A DNA stretch of 61,487 nucleotides from Minisyncoccota bacterium. Its GTDB lineage: Bacteria; Patescibacteriota; Minisyncoccia; Phycocordibacterales; UBA9973. The notes under the pieces are model-generated. The model was given only the letters and a program-made list of their open reading frames with translations, was not told the DNA's origin and searched no databases. The DNA lies in contig JBAYKO010000004.1 in the NCBI GenBank assembly GCA_041664605.1, forward strand, positions 1-61,487. The letters run 5' to 3'. The number at the start of each line of letters is the position of its first letter. Within the stretch, counting starts at the first letter, position 1. Made by a program: the position numbers and the translations under genes. Positions 56,185 to 61,487 of the stretch are shown here, piece by piece.

Positions 56185-56454
56185 ATGAATAACCAACTAT
56201 GTGTTTATATTTTAAAAAATAAATCCAACAAATATTATGTTGGTAGTACAGACAATCTAGATCGTAGATTACATCAGCACAAAATGGGATATACTCAAAC
56301 AACTCGAAACATGAAATCTTTTCAATTAGTTTTAAAACAAGATTATTCTTCTTTAGAAATGGCAAGAAAAATAGAGAGAAAAATTAAAAAATTAAAAAGA
56401 AAAGATTATATTGAAAAAATGATTAAAGAAGGTTATATTAAATTGGTTATATAA
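56185..56454 (+). CDS. Small stand-alone GIY-YIG nuclease
   Basis: CVYILKN...YYVGSTDNLDRRLHQH...ARKIERKIKK.K. Confidence 0.92.
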   Translation: MNNQLCVYILKNKSNKYYVGSTDNLDRRLHQHKMGYTQTTRNMKSFQLVLKQDYSSLEMARKIERKIKKLKRKDYIEKMIKEGYIKLVI

Positions 56455-56457
56455 AAT

Positions 56458-56532
56458 GCCCTCATAGTTCAACGGATAGAACGTAACTTTGCGGAAGTTA
56501 TGATCCAGGTTCGATTCCTGGTGAGGGCACCA
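56458..56532 (+). tRNA. tRNA-Arg(GCG)
   Basis: GCCCTCA/TGAGGGC-A-CCA, TAACT-TTGCGGA-AGTTA, CCAGG-TTCGATT-CCTGG. Confidence 0.93.
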
Positions 56533-56535
56533 TAA

Positions 56536-56644
56536 ATAGTTCAAAGCCGACGCAACAGTCGGCTCTCCGACACCATGGTCGTCGGAGTGGATAGAACGTA
56601 ACTTTGCGGAAGTTATGATGTAGGTTCGATTCCTACCGAGAGGA
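56536..56644 (+). pseudogene. tRNA-Arg(GCG)-like remnant lacking the 5' acceptor strand, with a 43-nt D-loop insertion
   Basis: ATAGTTCAA-[insert 56545-56587]-TGGATAGAAC, identical anticodon arm, different T arm and 3' end CGAGAGG with no pairing partner. Confidence 0.8.
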
Positions 56645-56671
56645 CAATAATGTAATGATATCATCAGTATC

Positions 56672-56719
56672 TTTACAATGAAATCACAATATGGTAGATT
56701 GAGCACAGAAAAGCAAATT
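56672..56719 (+). promoter_or_regulatory. sigma70 promoter with AGAA leader motif
   Basis: TTTACA-17-TAGATT, then gagCACAGAAAAGCAAATT. Confidence 0.65.
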
Positions 56720-56732
56720 AATAATAAGCATT

Positions 56733-57233
56733 ATGACAGGAGGAACAGCACTTGAGATTTATTTCAATCCTGATGATATTGAAATATATATTGGTAAAGA
56801 AAAAGATAAAAATGATGTTTGGGGACTTTGTTTGTCTCGTGGACCAAGATCAGATCACCATCCATTTAAACTTCTCTTATCTTCAAATGAAAATTCTAAT
56901 TTAACCAAAGGAAAAACTTTGGAAATACTGAGAGATACACTTAACTCAGCAAAGGAGTTCGGTGATAAAATATTTACAAGTAATGATTATGGTCTACTTA
57001 AGATTCTGGTTGGTTGCGGAGATTCCAAATCAAAAAATGAATATGTGAGAAAAATTGCCCCAGTTCTTGAAGATTCAGATATTAAAAGAATTATGACTGA
57101 ATTAGAAGATGAAGAAAAATGCAGTTCCTCAACATATCAATGGAAAATTTGGAAATATCGTTACCATAAAAAATCAATATGCAGGTGGAAAAAGAAAGCA
57201 AACCGTCGCCATTCCAAAAAATCAACAGAATAA
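56733..57233 (+). CDS. Hypothetical protein
   Basis: ORF with its own promoter and terminator. Confidence 0.65.
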   Translation: MTGGTALEIYFNPDDIEIYIGKEKDKNDVWGLCLSRGPRSDHHPFKLLLSSNENSNLTKGKTLEILRDTLNSAKEFGDKIFTSNDYGLLKILVGCGDSKSKNEYVRKIAPVLEDSDIKRIMTELEDEEKCSSSTYQWKIWKYRYHKKSICRWKKKANRRHSKKSTE

Positions 57234-57254
57234 AATCATTAAACTTATTTATTT

Positions 57255-57281
57255 AAAAACCCTCACAATGTGAGGGTTTTT
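57255..57281. terminator. Bidirectional terminator
   Basis: aaaaaccctcac-aat-gtgagggtttt. Confidence 0.8.
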
Positions 57282-57291
57282 ATTTTTTAAT

Positions 57292-57552
57292 TTATTTTTT
57301 TGCCCAATCTTTTATTTCTTCATATGGAGCTTCGCCACAAATCCATTTTCCAGTCTTTGTATTTATTAAAAATGGAACTCCCCCACAAAAACCTTTATCT
57401 AATTCTTCAAGTTGTTTTAGATTTTCTTTATTGTGCCAGATTTCTAATCTATCTATTTTTACTCCTTTTTCTTTTTCTAATTTTTTAGTAAGAATTTGCA
57501 TATCCTCGCAATGAGGACATTCTTCTCCATAAAATTCTTTTAAGTGAGACAT
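57292..57552 (-). CDS. Thioredoxin/glutaredoxin-like protein
   Basis: FYGEECPHC, GVPF cis-Pro motif. Confidence 0.85.
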   Translation of the reverse strand: MSHLKEFYGEECPHCEDMQILTKKLEKEKGVKIDRLEIWHNKENLKQLEELDKGFCGGVPFLINTKTGKWICGEAPYEEIKDWAKK

Positions 57553-57619
57553 AAATATTGGTTAAAAGTAGAAAGTTTATAAAGTTCATCAAGTAGAAAA
57601 ATCTAAGGCTAAATTCAAT

Positions 57620-57880
57620 TTAGATTTTTTTAACCATCCTTGCTAGACGAGATTTTTTTCTTGAAGCAGTGTTCTTTTTGATAGTTCCCTTTTTTGCAGC
57701 TTTATCAATTGCTTTATAAGCAATACTTAAAAGTTTTTTTGCTTCGTCTTTATTTTTAGCTAAAACCGTCTTTGTGATATTTTTTGTAGCTTCTTTTACT
57801 CTCTTTTTTCTTTTATCATTATGAGACTTTTTTGTCTCAGAAGATCTTAGTGCTTTTTTTGCTGATTTTGTAATAGGCAT
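57620..57880 (-). CDS. rpsT: 30S ribosomal protein S20
   Basis: MPITKSAKKALR, IDKAAKKGTIKKNTASRKKSRL. Confidence 0.97.
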   Translation of the reverse strand: MPITKSAKKALRSSETKKSHNDKRKKRVKEATKNITKTVLAKNKDEAKKLLSIAYKAIDKAAKKGTIKKNTASRKKSRLARMVKKI

Positions 57881-57883
57881 AAT

Positions 57884-57925
57884 GGATTAGTTTCTAGTGA
57901 CTAGTTTCTAGGTTCTAGGTTCTAG
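57884..57925 (-). repeat. Period-7 CTAG array before the rpsT start
   Basis: ctagaac ctagaac ctagaaa ctagtca ctagaaa ctaatcc attATG. Confidence 0.9.
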
Positions 57926-57999
57926 AAAACAAAATTAATTTGTATAAACAAAATCATACCAAAATACCCAAAAAAGGCAAATTTTGATATGATAAAAAT

Positions 58000-58581
58000 A
58001 TGATCTCAAGAATTGAAGGAAAACTTATATTAAAAACTGAGAAAATTGCCGTAATTGACGTATCTGGTGTTGGCTATAAAATTAATATCGGCATAGATAC
58101 TTTTTCTCATTTAAAAGACAAGGAAGGGCAAAACCTGGCTTTCTGGACCCATTTGGCAGTCAAAGAAGACTCTATGGAGCTTTATGGATTTGAAGACAGA
58201 GAGCAATTACAGTTTTTTGAAATGCTTTTAAATGTTTCCGGAATTGGACCAAAATCGGCAATTTCAATTATCGGAATTGGTTCTATTGAAAGTCTGAAAA
58301 AGGCTATTGGATCTGGTGATGCTTCTTATTTAAACAAAGTTTCTGGAATTGGAAAAAAGATCGCTGAAAAAATAATTTTTGAACTTAAAGATAAGTTAAA
58401 TACTTATGGATATGAAAGCGGGCAAAAGGCAGAATTACAGTCTGAATCAGACGCGGTCGAAGTATTGCGTTCCCTTGGTTATGGAATGAGTGAAGCAAGA
58501 GATGCATTGAAAAAAGTTTCTCCAGAAATCGAAGGTATTAGTGCAAAAATAAAAGAAGCCCTGAAAATCCTTTCTGGGTAG
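58000..58581 (+). CDS. ruvA: Holliday junction branch migration protein RuvA
   Basis: IDVSGVGY, LYGF, LLNVSGIGPKSA, VSGIGKK.AEKI..ELK, L.SLGY. Confidence 0.97.
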   Translation: MISRIEGKLILKTEKIAVIDVSGVGYKINIGIDTFSHLKDKEGQNLAFWTHLAVKEDSMELYGFEDREQLQFFEMLLNVSGIGPKSAISIIGIGSIESLKKAIGSGDASYLNKVSGIGKKIAEKIIFELKDKLNTYGYESGQKAELQSESDAVEVLRSLGYGMSEARDALKKVSPEIEGISAKIKEALKILSG

Positions 58582-58685
58582 AAAGGATTTTCAGTATTAT
58601 GAAGCAAGTATTATGTATTATGGAAAAAACCAAAAAATAAATTCGTCTCATTCATGAATCCTAATGTTTTAATTAAAAAAATCAT

Positions 58686-58723
58686 CAATACTCAAACTTA
58701 GCGACCGCTAAGTTTGAGTATTG
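58686..58723 (+). terminator. Long hairpin after ruvA
   Basis: caatactcaaacttagcg-ac-cgctaagtttgagtattg. Confidence 0.7.
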
Positions 58724-58740
58724 TATTGGTAGTTTAGATA

Positions 58741-58775
58741 TTTAATACTTAATACATTATACTTAATACATATTT
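58741..58775 (+). repeat. Period-7 array (CTTAATA type) before the mutM start
   Basis: tttaata cttaata cattata cttaata catattt ATG. Confidence 0.7.
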
Positions 58776-59690
58776 ATGCCAGAATTACCAGAAGTACAGA
58801 CCACAGTAAGTGGACTAAAGAAAGTTTTACCAAAACTTAAGATAAATGATTTTTGGAGTGATTTACCTCAAAAAAATCACAAACAAAAAGAGACAATAAA
58901 AAATGCCTCTTATTTTAATTTTTTTAAAAAAGAAATAGTTGGCAAAAAAATTATTGATGTAAAAAGAAAAGCAAAAAATATTTTAATTTTTCTAGATAAT
59001 AACAAAACTATTTTAATTCATATGAAAATGACTGGTCACTTACTTTATGGAAATTATGAAAAAACTAAAGATAGCTGGAAACCAAAAGAAAAAGGACCAC
59101 TCCAAGATCCATACAATAGATTTATTCACGCCGTTTTTATTTTATCAGGTAAAAAACATTTAGCTTTTTCTGATACAAGAAAATTTGGAAAAATTACACT
59201 CCTTGATTCTAATAAATTAGAAGAGTCAAAAGATTTAAAAAATTTAGGCCCGGAACCACTTGAAAAAAATTTCACTTTTCCAAAATTTTTAGAAAGAATT
59301 AATAAAAAACCTAATTGGAAAATAAAACAAGCACTAATGGACCAGTCTTTAATTTCAGGAATTGGAAATATTTATTCCGATGAAATTTTATTTTTCGCCG
59401 GCATCAATCCAGAAGAAAGAGTGACGGATATAGAAAACAAAGAGTTTAGAAAGATGTTTGAAGGAATAAAAACAATTTTAAGTAAAGGAATAAAATTTGG
59501 AGGTGATTCAATGTCTGATTATAGGAATATTGATGGTAAAAAAGGTAATTTCCAATACCACCATTTGGCTTATCAGAGAACTGGAGAAAAATGTAGTAAA
59601 AGAGGGTGTATAGGTGTTATAATAAGAAAAAAAGTTGGTGGAAGAAGTGCACATTTTTGCTCTTGCCACCAGAAGTTAAGAGTTAGGTAG
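58776..59690 (+). CDS. mutM: Formamidopyrimidine-DNA glycosylase (Fpg/Nei)
   Basis: MPELPEV, IHMKMTG, DTRKFG, LGPEPL, GIGNIYSDE, C-terminal zinc finger. Confidence 0.96.
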   Translation: MPELPEVQTTVSGLKKVLPKLKINDFWSDLPQKNHKQKETIKNASYFNFFKKEIVGKKIIDVKRKAKNILIFLDNNKTILIHMKMTGHLLYGNYEKTKDSWKPKEKGPLQDPYNRFIHAVFILSGKKHLAFSDTRKFGKITLLDSNKLEESKDLKNLGPEPLEKNFTFPKFLERINKKPNWKIKQALMDQSLISGIGNIYSDEILFFAGINPEERVTDIENKEFRKMFEGIKTILSKGIKFGGDSMSDYRNIDGKKGNFQYHHLAYQRTGEKCSKRGCIGVIIRKKVGGRSAHFCSCHQKLRVR

Positions 59691-59729
59691 TGAGTATTGT
59701 GTAGTAAGTATTAAGTATAATTTAATTTT

Positions 59730-59764
59730 CTAGAAACTAGAACCTAGCCACTAGAAACTAATTA
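59730..59764 (+). repeat. Period-7 CTAG array before a small ORF
   Basis: ctagaaa ctagaac ctagcca ctagaaa ctaatta ATG. Confidence 0.9.
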
Positions 59765-59941
59765 ATGATGTTTAATTCAGATGCAGGAAAATTATTAAAA
59801 TGGGCAATTCTTGTACTTATAACAATGTGGATTGTTTGGTATATAACAGGAGGACCAGAAAGGACTGAAACAGCAAAAGGGATATTAATAAAACCTCCTA
59901 CTCCTCTTGATAGCGGACAAATTTACGGACCAAAAATTTAG
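59765..59941 (+). CDS. Small single-TM protein (58 aa), not in the ORF track
   Basis: MMFNSDAGKLLKWAILVLITMWIVWYITGGPERTETAKGILIKPPTPLDSGQIYGPKI. Confidence 0.75.
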   Translation: MMFNSDAGKLLKWAILVLITMWIVWYITGGPERTETAKGILIKPPTPLDSGQIYGPKI

Positions 59942-60034
59942 ATATGGATTTACTAAAAGAATTAAAATGGCTAATAATTTTACTTGTTATTATTTGGATA
60001 TTAGTCTTTTTTGTTTTTCGTATAAACTTCTCTT

Positions 60035-60523
60035 CTATAAATTTAAAATTCTAAACAAGGCAACCCCTAACGCCACAGATACATTTAATGACTCTTTTTT
60101 GCCTGACATTTTAATTTCTGCCACAATATCACATTCATTTAAAAGATTTTTAGGTAATCCAATAACTTCATTTCCAACAACAAAAGCTGTTTTGTTTTTT
60201 GTTTTAACTTTTTTATAGTCTATAGAATTTTCTGATTGTTCAATTGCAATAATTAAGAAACCTTCCCTCCTTAATCTGCGAATAATGGCGGACAGGCTTT
60301 TTTTAATTTCCCATGGTACCATTTCTTCCGCACCAAGGGCAGATTTTTCTAAATCACTTCTTTTTTTACCAAAACGATCAATGGGTGCCGGAGTATAACC
60401 AACCAAATAGATTTTAGAAATCCCTACAGCATCAGCTGTTCTAAACATCGCCCCAACATTTTGAGCAGAGCGAATATTGTTGAATATTAAAATATTTTCC
60501 GGAGTGGGTTGATTTTTAGTCAT
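60035..60523 (-). CDS. TrmH/SpoU-family (SPOUT) RNA methyltransferase
   Basis: NIRSAQNVGAMFRTADA, VVGNEVIGL, ESLNVSVA.GV. Confidence 0.93.
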   Translation of the reverse strand: MTKNQPTPENILIFNNIRSAQNVGAMFRTADAVGISKIYLVGYTPAPIDRFGKKRSDLEKSALGAEEMVPWEIKKSLSAIIRRLRREGFLIIAIEQSENSIDYKKVKTKNKTAFVVGNEVIGLPKNLLNECDIVAEIKMSGKKESLNVSVALGVALFRILNL

Positions 60524-60566
60524 ATTTCTTATAATATTATCACATTAACTACATATGCGTAGTTTA

Positions 60567-60720
60567 TCCGCTCATAGCTGTTTTGGTAGGTCGAAAGCCA
60601 AATAGGCAAAAGCAAGTTATGTTTAAAAATTAAATAAAACACATTCGATCATATGCTGTTTTGGTAGGTCGATAACCCAAGATAAAAATAGTAGTAATTT
60701 ACAAAATTAAATAAAATACA
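60567..60720 (+). repeat. Two degenerate 77-nt tandem units upstream of tRNA-Lys, starting like the tRNA
   Basis: Unit starts at 60567 and 60644, tRNA at 60721; shared gctgttttggtaggtcga and aaaattaaataaaa(c/t)aca. Confidence 0.75.
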
Positions 60721-60721
60721 T

Positions 60722-60794
60722 CCGCTCATAGCTCAGCTGGTAGAGCACCTGCCTTTTAAGCAGAGGGTCGTAGGTTCGATTCCTACTGAGCGGA
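60722..60794 (+). tRNA. tRNA-Lys(TTT)
   Basis: CCGCTCA/TGAGCGG acceptor, loop CTTTTAA, GTAGG-TTCGATT-CCTAC. Confidence 0.93.
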
Positions 60795-60801
60795 CAATAT
60801 A

Positions 60802-60835
60802 AAGAAAAATCTCCCGTTTGGGAGATTTTTCTTTA
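60802..60835. terminator. Bidirectional terminator
   Basis: aaagaaaaatctccc-gttt-gggagatttttcttt. Confidence 0.85.
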
Positions 60836-60853
60836 TATTCATAATTATTGTTT

Positions 60854-61285
60854 TTATTTAAAATCAACTTCAAACTGATACATTCCCATTCCACACATTC
60901 CTTGTAATTTTCCTGCTTCAGGATTATCTATTGTAATATCTTTTGTTCCAGAATTTAAAAGCATTTCTCCAACACCTATACTTGGAATTCTAATATAGGC
61001 GGAACAATCAAATGTTCCTTTTGTTTCAAATCGTAAAATAGTTGGGATTCCTGCTTTGGCAACAGTTACTCTTGGTGTGTAGCCACCTTTTACTTTTATT
61101 TCAATAATCTGTTTTCCATCAACAATTTTTACATTATCAGTTGTCTCGCCTTGTGTTTGAGAATTATTAGAATTTTGGTTATTTGGTATTTGATTATCAG
61201 AAGATGATTTTCCACTAAAAAGAAAAATCATTCCACCAATAAAAACAATTACTATAATAAGAGGGATTAAATTCTTTTTGTCCAT
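60854..61285 (-). CDS. Cupredoxin-domain membrane protein
   Basis: N-terminal TM helix; GGYTP, AGIPT.L.F, CGMGM. Confidence 0.85.
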   Translation of the reverse strand: MDKKNLIPLIIVIVFIGGMIFLFSGKSSSDNQIPNNQNSNNSQTQGETTDNVKIVDGKQIIEIKVKGGYTPRVTVAKAGIPTILRFETKGTFDCSAYIRIPSIGVGEMLLNSGTKDITIDNPEAGKLQGMCGMGMYQFEVDFK

Positions 61286-61321
61286 ATTTTTCTTATTTTA
61301 TTTGTCTCATAAAAGACGTGG

Positions 61322-61487
61322 TTAAAAATTAAAAATTGGTGAAATAAGACCAACTATCACCAAGCTATTAATAAGGTTAAAAATTGCAAACATGATTACA
61401 ATAAGCCCAGCCGATTTAAAAAATATTCCTGCCTTAGAGCTTTTTTGAATACTAAAAGAACTAAAACTAATCAGGGCAAGCACTGGC
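61322..61487 (-). CDS. 3' end of a multi-TM protein, probably of the TauE/SafE- or DsbD_2-like heavy-metal-associated family (partial)
   Basis: Manual translation: PVLALISFSSFSIQKSSKAGIFFKSAGLIVIMFAIFNLINSLVIVGLISPIFNF*; adjacent to the cupredoxin gene. Confidence 0.6.
   Translation of the reverse strand, partial: PVLALISFSSFSIQKSSKAGIFFKSAGLIVIMFAIFNLINSLVIVGLISPIFNF

Noticed and set aside
58000-58581. ruvA without adjacent ruvB
   Set aside because: ruvB may simply lie outside the window; this cannot be judged from the window.
49864-60218. ORFs 49864, 54235, 55069, 56102, 56392, 57300, 59907
   Set aside because: Antisense to pilin, tRNA, GIY-YIG, thioredoxin-like or TrmH genes.
60567-60720. 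CRISPR array
   Set aside because: Only two copies of an 18-nt non-palindromic core, tied to a tRNA start, and no cas genes in the window.
1-61487. Prophage, IS element or rRNA operon
   Set aside because: No integrase, terminase, capsid, transposase or rRNA-like sequence was recognised.

Overview
AT-rich chromosomal window, most likely from a Patescibacteria (CPR, Parcubacteria-like) genome. This is inferred from gene content and style; it uses the standard code, with TGA as stop. Housekeeping genes: glyQS (partial), recO, ileS, argS, secE-nusG-rplK, rarA, rplS, ruvX, rpsT, ruvA, mutM. Also present are a thymidylate cluster, a MacAB-like ABC exporter, a type IV pilus/T2SS-like cluster, many CPR-type hypothetical proteins and seven intact tRNAs (His-GTG, Leu-GAG, Arg-TCT, Val-TAC, Ser-TGA, Arg-GCG, Lys-TTT). 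No rRNA, CRISPR-cas, integrase or transposase was seen. Most notable observations: (1) two tRNA loci have the layout truncated tRNA 5' copy - small endonuclease (HNH or GIY-YIG) - intact tRNA of the same identity, suggesting tRNA-replacing homing elements; (2) short palindromic elements are inserted in frame in argS, ruvX, pilM, ileS and two prepilin leader peptides, and in tRNA D-loops; (3) period-7 arrays rich in stop codons point into gene boundaries; (4) two promoter classes exist, leaderless extended -10 promoters and -35/-10 promoters with a position-fixed AGAA leader; (5) three paralogous promoter-gene-terminator cassettes lie in tandem; (6) IleRS has a GXHH motif and an inserted histidine phosphatase domain. 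All assignments come from reading motifs by eye; no database searches were run.
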